Positions 10,294 to 19,590 of a stretch of 64,000 bases of DNA are shown here, in pieces. The stretch is from an uncultured Thermoguttaceae bacterium (GTDB lineage: Bacteria; Planctomycetota; Planctomycetia; Pirellulales; Thermoguttaceae). The DNA lies in the NCBI GenBank assembly GCA_937951625.1, contig CALFBP010000009.1:20203-84202 (forward strand), in the 5' to 3' direction. Both the position numbers and the translations under genes were made by a program. Under the pieces are notes generated by a model that saw only the letters and a list, made by a program, of their open reading frames with translations, did not search any database and was not told where the DNA came from. Positions within the stretch are counted from its first letter, which is position 1, and each line of letters starts with the position of its first letter.

Positions 10294-11133
10294 TCACTCC
10301 TTGCCGAGTTCCCAGTGAACGAACCGCACCAGCTTCATGCCAGCCGCCGCGGCCAGCTTGCCGACTGTTTCTCCGCCGTACTTTTCCTTGTTCGGGTGGA
10401 TTTGCTCGGCCAGGCAAATCTGGGCGTAGAAATCCTTCAGTCTACCTTCGGCGATTTTAGGGATCACCTTCTCCGGCTTCCCTTCGTTGCGTGCCGCCGT
10501 GGCCGCGATCTCGCGTTCTTTTTCCACGAGCTTGGGATCCACATCGTCCCGCGACACGACGGTGGGCCGCATGGCCGCGATGTGCATGCAGATGTCTTTG
10601 GCCAACTCCGCGTTGCCACCCTCGACGTGAAGCAACACGCCCACGGTGCCGTTGTGGTGGGCGTAGCCGCCGCAGGGACCATTCAGACGGCAAAGCCGCT
10701 TCAGCCGGAACACCTCGCGAATGCGGTTGGTCAAGTCGTCGAACTGTTGCTGGAGCGTCTGTCCTGGTTTGGCCGGCGAGGGCTGGGCGAGGAGTTCCTC
10801 GGGCGTTGTGGCTCCCGGCCCGACGGCCAATTGCTGCGCCAAACAACTGGCCAGCTCGATGAACTCCTGATTGTTGGCGACCGGGGCGCTCTCGCAGAGC
10901 AATTCCACCATGGCGCCCACGCCGGGGTCGAGGCTAGCATACACGGCGATGCGCCCGGCGGAGGTCTCCCGATCACTGCGCCCGCCCATGAGCTTCTTGC
11001 CCGCCTTGCGCAGGGCCTCGATCGCGGCCTCCGGGTCCCCGCCCGCCTCGGTCAAGGCCCGCTTGCAGTCCATCATGGGCAGACCCGTTCTTTCGCGAAG
11101 GGCCTTCACGTCCGCTGCGGTAATTTCTGGCAT
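10294..11133 (-). CDS. tsf: Translation elongation factor Ts.
   Basis: 279 aa. The N-terminal UBA-like segment is [41 protein letters not shown] strong SD (AAGGGAGG) lies upstream of the ATG. Confidence 0.95.
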   Translation of the reverse strand: MPEITAADVKALRERTGLPMMDCKRALTEAGGDPEAAIEALRKAGKKLMGGRSDRETSAGRIAVYASLDPGVGAMVELLCESAPVANNQEFIELASCLAQQLAVGPGATTPEELLAQPSPAKPGQTLQQQFDDLTNRIREVFRLKRLCRLNGPCGGYAHHNGTVGVLLHVEGGNAELAKDICMHIAAMRPTVVSRDDVDPKLVEKEREIAATAARNEGKPEKVIPKIAEGRLKDFYAQICLAEQIHPNKEKYGGETVGKLAAAAGMKLVRFVHWELGKE

Positions 11134-11298
11134 ACAATCAAACCTCCCTTGGAGTCGTTGCTATTCTGGCGATAATCTGTGAATGGTTTGAAGTGGCTGA
11201 GGTCGTGGACGATAAGGCATGCCACTGCTCCCAGCGCTTGCCCCGCCCCGGCCAACGTTCAGTGTTCCGTCTTCCAGGTCCAATCGATCGGGGAATTG

Positions 11299-12048
11299 TC
11301 AATCCTTGACCGGCTGACCGTTTCCGCCCTCCGGCCCAGAAGGTTGGTCCCCCTTCAAAGCCCCCGAGGCCGCCTTGCCCGCCAACACCGCATCGGCCAG
11401 TTGCTGCACGATCAGTTCGATCGAGCGGATGCTGTCGTCGTTTCCCGGGATGGGCAAGTCGACCTCGTCGGGATCGCAGTCGGTGTCGATGAGGGCCACC
11501 GTGGTGATGCCCATCTTTCGGGCCTCACGCACGGCGTTCTTTTCTTTCTTGGGATCGACCACCACAAGGACCTCGGGCAGTCGATTCATGGTGCGAATGC
11601 CGTTCAGATTGCGAAACATCTTCCGGTATTCGCGATTCAAGGCCGACTGCATCTTTTTGGAGTACGTGGCCAACTCCTCGCCGGAGCGGATGGCTTCGAG
11701 TTCCTCCAAACGGGAAAGCCGGCTGCGGATCGTGCGGAAGTTGGTCAAGGTGCCGCCAAGCCACCGGTTGCTCACGTAGGGCATGCCGCAGCGCGTCGCC
11801 TGTTGTTCGATCGTCTCCGCGGCCTGACGTTTCGTGCCCACGAAAAGCACCAAACCGCCGTTGGCCGCCACTTGCTGGAGATATTTTCTCGCGCGCAACA
11901 GGCCGCGGATCGTTTCCCTCACGTCGATGATGTGAATCAAGTTCTTGCGGCCATAAATGTATGGCCGCATCTTGGGATTCCAACGGCTCGTGCGATGCCC
12001 GAAATGAACCCCCGCTTCGATCAACTCCTTCACTAGCACTGTGGCCAA
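11299..12048 (-). CDS. rpsB: 30S ribosomal protein S2.
   Basis: 249 aa starting [27 protein letters not shown]. The start codon is TTG (plus strand 'caa' at 12046-12048) and is preceded by GGGAGGAG 7 nt upstream. Confidence 0.95.
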   Translation of the reverse strand: MATVLVKELIEAGVHFGHRTSRWNPKMRPYIYGRKNLIHIIDVRETIRGLLRARKYLQQVAANGGLVLFVGTKRQAAETIEQQATRCGMPYVSNRWLGGTLTNFRTIRSRLSRLEELEAIRSGEELATYSKKMQSALNREYRKMFRNLNGIRTMNRLPEVLVVVDPKKEKNAVREARKMGITTVALIDTDCDPDEVDLPIPGNDDSIRSIELIVQQLADAVLAGKAASGALKGDQPSGPEGGNGQPVKD

Positions 12049-12444
12049 AGCAAGACTCCTCCCACTTCAAGGCACACCGGCGAAGTCCCCACCATTGTGG
12101 GGCGTCCGGCGTTCAACATACTGGTCGGTCAACCACTCGCTCCAATCGACATCCCTGGACCGTTCAGGGTATCGAGCCCCTCATCCTAATGCGTGACCCG
12201 ATTTCCGTCAACGCAGGCCTCCACCCCCGCTGATCGGGGGGTAAAGGCTTGCGGCCCCTACCTTTAAGCATCAGCGTCAGCGTTTCCGACTAAGTATGGG
12301 AACAATGAAACAGCAAAATACGTAATCTACACTCAATCCTTCTGATTAAGCCTTAGATTCTCCCCTGGCGGGTTGTCTCAAGTGTAGTGATCACCAACAT
12401 TAGCTCCATAAATTAGCCAACTTACCATCCCGGGAGAATAGAAC

Positions 12445-15174
12445 GTGCAGCGATTGGAAAACGTCCATTGGCACCAGCTTGAGGTCACCGAAGTCGCACG
12501 TCTGTTGGAAGTCGATCTCACGAAGGGACTTTCGCAGGAGGAAGTGAAGCGTCGCCAGGCAAAGTTCGGCTTGAACCAGATGACCCCGCGGCGAGCGACG
12601 CCGGCGTGGGTGAAATTCCTTCAACAGTTCAACCAGGCGCTGGTCTACATTTTGCTCGCTGCCACCGTGGTCTCGGCCGTCTTGGGGGAATTGGTCGATG
12701 CGGCGGTGATCTTTGGCGTGGTGTTCATCAACGCCGTGATTGGGTTTATTCAGGAGTCGAAGGCTGAAAAGGCCATCGAGGCCCTGGCGAAAATGGTGCG
12801 GACCGAGGCGACCGTGCGCCGGGATGGGCGGAAACAGAAGGTCCCCTCGACGGAACTCGTGCCCGGCGACGTGGTGCTTTTGCAATCCGGGGATAGCGTG
12901 CCAGCCGACCTCCGCTTCTTCGAGGTCCGCAGCCTCCAGGTCGAGGAGGCCGCCCTCACCGGTGAATCGGTCCCCGTCCAGAAAAACACCCTGGTGCTTC
13001 CAGCCGAAACCGTGCTGGGCGACCGCAAGAACTTGGGTTTTGCCGGGACGTTGGTGACCTACGGCCAGGCGGAGGGCGTCGTCTTGGCCACGGGCGATCG
13101 GACGGAGATGGGCAAGATCGCCACCATGATCTCCCAGGCCGTCGATCTTTCCACCCCTCTCACCCGAAAGATCGCCGAGTTCAGCCACCTCCTGCTGTAC
13201 GTCATCCTTGGTTTGGCCGCGTTGACGTTTCTGATCGGCGTGCTCCGCGGCGAATCCATGGTCGACATGTTCATGGCCGCCGTAGCCCTTGCCGTAGGCG
13301 CGATTCCCGAAGGTCTGCCGGCCGCGGTCACCATCACGCTCGCCATCGGCGTCGCCCGTATGGCGAAACGCCATGCCATCATTCGCAAGATGCCCGCCGT
13401 AGAGACGCTGGGCAGCACCACCGTGATCTGCTCGGATAAGACGGGCACGCTCACCGAGAATCAAATGACCGTGAGCCGCATTTACGCGGCTGGCCGGGAG
13501 TTCGAAGTCACCGGGGCAGGTTATGAACCGAAGGGAGAGATCCTGCAAGATGGGCAGCCAGCGGACCTGACCCAAAACATCGCGTTGAAGGAGACGCTCG
13601 TAGCAGGCGTGCTGTGCAACGACTCGCAACTGGTGCGCAAGGACGGTCGGCTTCAGGTCGAGGGCGATCCGACGGAGGCCGCGCTGCTCACCTCTGCCCA
13701 GAAGGCGGGCATCGAAACGGAATCCTCGGCCCAGCGTCTCCCCCGACTGGACGTGATTCCCTTCGAATCCGAGCACATGTACATGGCCACTTTGCATCGC
13801 GGGGACGATGGCACGGTGATCTATGTAAAAGGCTCGGTGGAACGGCTGTTGGACCGCTGCGAGACGATGCTCGACGCCGCCGGAAACGAAGCGCCTTTGG
13901 ACCGGAAAGCGATCCTTGAGGAAGTGGAGAACATGGCGGCGCAGGGTCTTCGCGTCTTGGCGTTTGCCCGCCGCCGCGTCGAGCCCAACCGCACGAAGTT
14001 GAGTCATGACGACGTGTCGGGCGGGATGACGCTGCTAGGTCTCCAAGGCATGATCGATCCGCCCCGCCTCGAGGCGATTCGCGCCGTGCGTCAGTGCCAG
14101 AATGCCGGCATCGAAGTCAAGATGATCACGGGCGATCACCAGGGCACGGCCGTGGCTATCGCCAAACAACTCGGTTTGCGGGGCGGTCAGGGGAGCGATG
14201 GGCAGCCGGTGGCTTTCACCGGCAAACAATTGGAAGAGATCTCCGACGACCGCTTGCCTGCCGAGGCGGAGCGGGCCGCGGTTTTCGCCCGCGTCGCACC
14301 CGAGCAGAAGCTCCGTTTGGTCCGCGCCCTTCAAGCCCGCGGGCACATCGTGGCCATGACGGGCGACGGCGTCAACGATGCCCCAGCCCTCAAACAGGCG
14401 GACATCGGCGTGGCCATGGGCATTACGGGCACGGAGGTGGCCAAAGGCGCGGCGGACATGATTCTGACCGATGATAATTTCGCCTCCATCGAGGCCGCCG
14501 TCGAGGAGGGACGCAACGTCTTCGACAACCTCACCAAGTTCATAACCTGGACCATGCCCACCAATGGTGGTGAAGGTTTGGTCATCTTGGCTGCCGTGCT
14601 GTTTGCCCTGCCGCTGCCGGTTTTGCCGGTGCAATTGCTTTGGATAAACATGAGCACGGCTTTGCTGCTCGGCTTGATGCTGGTCTTCGAGCCGAAGGAG
14701 GAGGGCATCATGGCTCGGCCCCCGCGCGATCCCGCCCAACCGATCCTCACCCGACTCTTGATTGTTCGCATCGTGCTGGTTTCGGCGTTCATCGCGGCGA
14801 CCGGAATGCTGCTGTTCGAGTGGGAGCTGCTGCTCGGGGCGACCGAGGCCCAAGCCCGCACCGTGGTCGTCAATGTGATCGTCCTCATTGAAGCCTTTTA
14901 CTTGCTGAACTGCCGTTCTCTCACGCGTCCGTTCTTCTCGCTGGGTTTGTTTTCCAATCCTTGGGTGACTGGCGGGATCGCGGCCACGATCGTCGCCCAG
15001 CTCCTGTTCACCTATGCCCCCTTCATGCACACCCTGTTCCATAGCGCCCCGATTCGCGGTTGGACTTGGCTGAAAATCGTCGGGGTGGGGCTCCTGGTGT
15101 TCGCCGTCGTGGAAATCAAAAAGTGGCGTGAGGCCTGTCATCGCGCGGCGCTGGCGGCATCGCCGCCGAGCTGA
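12445..15174 (+). CDS. Cation-transporting P-type ATPase of the P2 (Ca2+/SERCA-PMCA-like) class.
   Basis: 909 aa. Motifs seen are ICSDKTGTLTENQM (phosphorylation site), IPEGLPAAVTITLAIG (M4), MTGDGVNDAPALKQADIGVAMG and TGES. The GTG start follows a GGGAGAA. Confidence 0.9.
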   Translation: MQRLENVHWHQLEVTEVARLLEVDLTKGLSQEEVKRRQAKFGLNQMTPRRATPAWVKFLQQFNQALVYILLAATVVSAVLGELVDAAVIFGVVFINAVIGFIQESKAEKAIEALAKMVRTEATVRRDGRKQKVPSTELVPGDVVLLQSGDSVPADLRFFEVRSLQVEEAALTGESVPVQKNTLVLPAETVLGDRKNLGFAGTLVTYGQAEGVVLATGDRTEMGKIATMISQAVDLSTPLTRKIAEFSHLLLYVILGLAALTFLIGVLRGESMVDMFMAAVALAVGAIPEGLPAAVTITLAIGVARMAKRHAIIRKMPAVETLGSTTVICSDKTGTLTENQMTVSRIYAAGREFEVTGAGYEPKGEILQDGQPADLTQNIALKETLVAGVLCNDSQLVRKDGRLQVEGDPTEAALLTSAQKAGIETESSAQRLPRLDVIPFESEHMYMATLHRGDDGTVIYVKGSVERLLDRCETMLDAAGNEAPLDRKAILEEVENMAAQGLRVLAFARRRVEPNRTKLSHDDVSGGMTLLGLQGMIDPPRLEAIRAVRQCQNAGIEVKMITGDHQGTAVAIAKQLGLRGGQGSDGQPVAFTGKQLEEISDDRLPAEAERAAVFARVAPEQKLRLVRALQARGHIVAMTGDGVNDAPALKQADIGVAMGITGTEVAKGAADMILTDDNFASIEAAVEEGRNVFDNLTKFITWTMPTNGGEGLVILAAVLFALPLPVLPVQLLWINMSTALLLGLMLVFEPKEEGIMARPPRDPAQPILTRLLIVRIVLVSAFIAATGMLLFEWELLLGATEAQARTVVVNVIVLIEAFYLLNCRSLTRPFFSLGLFSNPWVTGGIAATIVAQLLFTYAPFMHTLFHSAPIRGWTWLKIVGVGLLVFAVVEIKKWREACHRAALAASPPS

Positions 15175-15369
15175 CCAGACGTTGCCCGATCGGGCGAAGG
15201 GCAGCGAACGATGGAAAGTCTCGGCGGGGCGATTGTCCCCGGCGTCTCGGGGGGCAGTCGGTCTTGCCACTGATTTGCATTCTCTTTCAGGCGGTGATAC
15301 ACTCAGCCGTAGCCCCTCAGACGCCGCTTACGTGGTGGTGATCGGGTCGAACCATCGCGGGGTGAAGTC

Positions 15370-18156
15370 ATGGCCGTGGAAACCGCCGCATCGTTCTTGG
15401 AAGTCCTCCAAAAGAGCAAGCTCTTCACGAGCGAACAACTGGACATCGCCCGCCAGCTTGCCGAGACCGCTGCCGATGCCCGGGCCCTCGCCAGAGCCTT
15501 AGTGCAAAAAGAACTCCTCAATCGCTGGCAAGCGGGCCAGTTGCTCGCCGGGCGGACCGCCTTCCTTTGGGGCAAGTATCGCCTGGTCGATTTGTTGGGG
15601 CGCGGCGGGATGGGCAGCGTTTTTCTGGCCTGGCATACGATCATGAATCGAGCGGTGGCGCTCAAAATCATTTCCAAGGAATTGGGCAAAGACCCGGCGG
15701 CCTTGGAGCGGTTCTTCACCGAGGCCCGCGCCGTGGCCGCCTTGGATCACCCCAACATCGTCCACGCCTATGACGTGGCGAACGAGGGTGATCGGTACTA
15801 TTTGGTCATGGAATACGTCGAAGGCCGCGATCTTCAGCGGATCGTCGAAGAGAAAGGCCCGCTCGATTTCACCCTCGCCGTCGATTACATCCGTCAGGCT
15901 GCCGAGGGGCTGGCTCACGCTCACAGCCGGGGCATGATCCACTGCGACATCAAGCCGGCCAATCTGCTCGTCAACCAGCAAGGCGTGATCAAGATCCTCG
16001 ACATGGGGATGGCCCGGGCCGTGGGGGCCAAGACCCATGCCACCGACGGTTCTTCCCCGGACAATCAAACAGTCTTGGGCACCGTGGATTACATGGCCCC
16101 CGAGCAAACCGAGGGGATCGAAAAGCTCGATCCACGGTCCGACATCTACTCGTTGGGCTGCACCTTCTACTTCACCCTCACCGGGCATCCCCCATTTCCC
16201 GAGGGCACTTTGGCGGAACGCATCCTGAAACATCAGAAGGACAATCCCCGGGACATTACTGAGTACCGACCGGACGCGCCGCAGGAACTGATCCGCATCT
16301 GCCACAAGATGATGGCCAAGGACCCTGCCGATCGCTTTCAGACCGCCGACGAGGTCGCCCAAGCCCTCGCCGAGTGGCGGCCCGCACCAGCGAAAATCCT
16401 TCGGGCGAAACCCCTGGAAGAGGCCGAAGCCGAAGCCGAGCTGGTCGATGACGAAACGCCGTTGGAAGCCTTTCCGGGCGAGGGGAAAAGTCAGCGGCCC
16501 CATCCAACAGTCAAGGCGTCCGTCGTGTCGCAGCTCGCGCGGCGGGCCAAGGACTGGATCGACTACCTCCAGGCCGACCGGCGACGGATGATGATTTGGG
16601 GCGGAGCGGTCGGGGCAATTGTGGTGTTGATCGTCTGCGGGCTGTTGGTGGCGATCGTTCTATCGGTGCGAAACGCCCGAAAGCAGCCTCAAGTCGCCGC
16701 GCAGGCCATGGCGCAATCCAAGGTGGCGAAACAGAAATCCCCTGACAATGATTTCGCCGACCTGGAATTGGAATTGGAAAAGAAGTGGGCCTCGGAGGAG
16801 GAGAGCAAAGATACTAAAGAAGCAAAGATCGTGGCGTCGGGTCCGCCGCCGTCCAAGCCGTCGGGTCCGCCGCCCAAGCCGGGCGGTCCTCCTCCGCTGC
16901 CAGGCAAAACCCCGCCCCCCGGCGTTCCCCCGGCCAAGTCGGGAGCGTCCGAGGGCAATCCTGCCCCCCCAACGCCGCCCGAACCCAAACCTTCGCCATC
17001 GCCCCCCGCCGAAAAAGCTGGCAACACGTCCGCTTCGGCAATGGCCGCGGAGAAGAAGGGGCCAGAGGAACCGAAGAAATCCTCGGATGAAAAGCCGCCG
17101 GCGGCGAAAAAAGAAGAGCCTCCCCCGCCGAAGCCCGCGGCCAAACCCGCGCCGCCCGCCGACGCCTTGGCGGGCTTCCCGCCTTACGTCGAGTTGCCTC
17201 CGTTGCCCGACGCCGGCGAATTCGCTCCCGGTCCAACTTTGTTGGGCAATGTTCACGGCCCGCTGGACAACCCGATCACGTTGGATTTGCTGGGTAGGGA
17301 GACGGCAGTTCGAGGGAAACGCCAGTTCAGCCTCGAGCCTGCCCCGAACGACAAACAACAGAGCTGGATCGTGCGTTTGGAGTCGGCGGGCAAGGAAGAC
17401 GCCCCGACCGAGGTGGGCCAGTTCCTTCGCGACGGGGATGGGCTGAAATTCCGTTGGGCGGATAAGGTGGCTGAAATCGCGGCCACCGCCGAGTACTTGC
17501 GCAATTGCGCTTTGGAGCTGCGGGGCGGGGGGCCGCCGCACCTGGTCGCGCTCCGCAAGCCAGTTATCGTCGAACCCGTGGTGCTGGACCTGATGAAAGG
17601 CGTCAGCACCGTGACCGTGCCCATCGAGTTCATGCCGGATCCCGCGCATCTGCGGATCGAGTTCACCAAGGTGACCGGCGCCGCGGGCCCCCTGGCCATG
17701 GAGCGTCTGGACAAGCCTGTGTTCAATCCCGCCACGCCCCTTGCGGTCAAAAGCGCCGCCACGCTGCAATTCCCTCGCAAGGCACTTCGTGGGCACTTGC
17801 TGCCCGGGGTCGAGTTCTCCATCAAGACCATGGTCAAGGGCAAGGGCCTGTCGATGACCGTCAGCCTGACCAGTCCTTCCCCGCAACAGTTCAAGGCGTT
17901 GGTCAGCCAAATGAACATTCCCGCCGTGCGCAACGAATTGGAGCAGAAAGTGCGGGGACTCCCGCGACAATTCGAAGCTGCCAAGCAGGAAGGGGAGAAG
18001 GCCAAGATCGCCGAGGATTTCGACAACCGCAGCCTCCCGCTATGGTACGAGGAATTCTACCGCCAAGCGCATCGCAACGCTCGGCTTCACTTCCGCGTTT
18101 TCATCGACGCCAAGGACCTTCAAATCGATCTGATCCGCACCGAGGCCCCCAAGTAA
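15370..18156 (+). CDS. Membrane-anchored Ser/Thr protein kinase with a Pro/Lys-rich linker and a large uncharacterised C-terminal domain.
   Basis: 928 aa. Hanks kinase motifs are GRGGMGSVFLA, VALKII, HCDIKPANLL, DMGMA and DYMAPEQ. A TM segment is MMIWGGAVGAIVVLIVCGLLVAIVL. A low-complexity PPPSKPSGPPPKPGGPPPLPGK... region follows. Confidence 0.85.
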   Translation: MAVETAASFLEVLQKSKLFTSEQLDIARQLAETAADARALARALVQKELLNRWQAGQLLAGRTAFLWGKYRLVDLLGRGGMGSVFLAWHTIMNRAVALKIISKELGKDPAALERFFTEARAVAALDHPNIVHAYDVANEGDRYYLVMEYVEGRDLQRIVEEKGPLDFTLAVDYIRQAAEGLAHAHSRGMIHCDIKPANLLVNQQGVIKILDMGMARAVGAKTHATDGSSPDNQTVLGTVDYMAPEQTEGIEKLDPRSDIYSLGCTFYFTLTGHPPFPEGTLAERILKHQKDNPRDITEYRPDAPQELIRICHKMMAKDPADRFQTADEVAQALAEWRPAPAKILRAKPLEEAEAEAELVDDETPLEAFPGEGKSQRPHPTVKASVVSQLARRAKDWIDYLQADRRRMMIWGGAVGAIVVLIVCGLLVAIVLSVRNARKQPQVAAQAMAQSKVAKQKSPDNDFADLELELEKKWASEEESKDTKEAKIVASGPPPSKPSGPPPKPGGPPPLPGKTPPPGVPPAKSGASEGNPAPPTPPEPKPSPSPPAEKAGNTSASAMAAEKKGPEEPKKSSDEKPPAAKKEEPPPPKPAAKPAPPADALAGFPPYVELPPLPDAGEFAPGPTLLGNVHGPLDNPITLDLLGRETAVRGKRQFSLEPAPNDKQQSWIVRLESAGKEDAPTEVGQFLRDGDGLKFRWADKVAEIAATAEYLRNCALELRGGGPPHLVALRKPVIVEPVVLDLMKGVSTVTVPIEFMPDPAHLRIEFTKVTGAAGPLAMERLDKPVFNPATPLAVKSAATLQFPRKALRGHLLPGVEFSIKTMVKGKGLSMTVSLTSPSPQQFKALVSQMNIPAVRNELEQKVRGLPRQFEAAKQEGEKAKIAEDFDNRSLPLWYEEFYRQAHRNARLHFRVFIDAKDLQIDLIRTEAPK

Positions 18157-18305
18157 ACGGGGGCTGCTGCGGGCTGCTGAAGATAGGCGTCCCTGGCGTG
18201 GCTTTGCGGTAAACAGACCGTTTCAGGCTTAGCTCTCCCAAGGAGGCCAACCTTCGATCCGATTCCGGGCGGCGGTTTTTCTCTGCCTTACGAACTGCCG
18301 GAGGC

Positions 18306-19169
18306 CTACGTCTCGCGCCACGCCCAAAATTCGCCGAAGCGCAAGAAGTAGTACTCGAAGAGCGGTTTGCGGACCGCCACGCGGAAGCCTTGCGACCGGA
18401 AGAGCGAAACGAGCTCGTCGTGGCGGTCGCCCGGTCGCAGTTCGTGGAACTCCATGGCCACGCGGTCAATGCGGTTCCAGTGCTCGAGGGCGAGTGTGCG
18501 GAAGATGTCGTATTCCGCCCCTTCGCAATCGACCTTGAGGAAGTGAATCCTTGGCAAGTCGTAGTCGTCCATCAGCGAGCCTAGCGAACGGCAGGGCGCC
18601 ATCCGCCGCACGGTTGGCGTTTGCACGTGGAAATAGCGAAGAAAGATGAGCCATCGGGTGAGCAGTGCGGGGCCTATGCCTGAAGGATGGCTGACAAGAT
18701 TGAAACCCGGATATTCGATCAGTTCCATTTGGCAGCCGTCGGCACCCACGGCGCACGGTACGGAGGTCACATTCCGCAGACGGTTTACCCGGACGTTGAA
18801 GTTCAGACAATCCACCATCTGACCAGGTTCTATGGCCACAATGCGCCCCGCCGACGCCTGGGGGGCCGCCCAAAGCGTGAAAAGTCCCATATTGGCGCCG
18901 ATATCCACCACGGTATCGGTCGGATGGATTTCAAATCGCTGACGAAAGTACCGCTTCCGGCCAAAGATCTCTCGGATCGAATACTTTGCGGCAGGGCGGG
19001 TCTGGCTCGAAGGCAGCCAGAAGTCCAAACCGTTGGGAAGAGACAGCTTGGTCGTCCACGGCCGGGTTGACCCGGACTGCGGTGACCGGGGCTGGTACAC
19101 CCGATTCTTGGCAATCGCAGGCGAGATCGAGACAGCGCTCTGGGGGGGAAGTTTTTGGGTAAGGGCCAA
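18306..19169 (-). CDS. FkbM-family SAM-dependent methyltransferase.
   Basis: 287 aa. It has VVDIGANMGLFTL (SAM-binding G-loop) and IHFLKVDCEGAEYDI, which is typical of Methyltransf_21/FkbM. Confidence 0.7.
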   Translation of the reverse strand: MALTQKLPPQSAVSISPAIAKNRVYQPRSPQSGSTRPWTTKLSLPNGLDFWLPSSQTRPAAKYSIREIFGRKRYFRQRFEIHPTDTVVDIGANMGLFTLWAAPQASAGRIVAIEPGQMVDCLNFNVRVNRLRNVTSVPCAVGADGCQMELIEYPGFNLVSHPSGIGPALLTRWLIFLRYFHVQTPTVRRMAPCRSLGSLMDDYDLPRIHFLKVDCEGAEYDIFRTLALEHWNRIDRVAMEFHELRPGDRHDELVSLFRSQGFRVAVRKPLFEYYFLRFGEFWAWRET

Positions 19170-19590
19170 GTTGGCGCCTCCTTGCGGGCCGTTCGTACGC
19201 TCTTGCCCTTCCAGCTTGTCGGCAAGACTTAGCGGTCAACTCGCGGGACAATCATCCGACGCGGGAAACCAGTCCCCACCGACAAACTTTTCCGCAAACA
19301 CTCATGTTACAACCGCTAAAGCACCCCCCCGCTTAGGCGTGATCTCGGGCAAAACATTACTTGCTGACGCGTTATTTTTCCGACCTGAGCGCGCTATCGG
19401 AGCGCCAACGTGATCAGGTTGTATTTCTGCCAAACCGCTACCAGCCACCCATCCAATAGGTGGATTTGTAAAGATCAGCAACTTGGTACCAGCCTACCGC
19501 CCAGGGCAATCCAAAGCAAATAGATTGGCGTCTGCTGAGGGAGCGGGAGGGAGCGGGGCGAATCCATCGCTCGCTGGACGACGGCAGCAG

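Noticed and set aside
16840-17170. Repetitive Pro-codon-rich DNA in the kinase linker, which I checked as a possible repeat array or CRISPR-like structure.
   Set aside because: The repeats are short, imperfect and in-frame within a continuous ORF, with no spacer/repeat periodicity. They simply encode a low-complexity protein linker.
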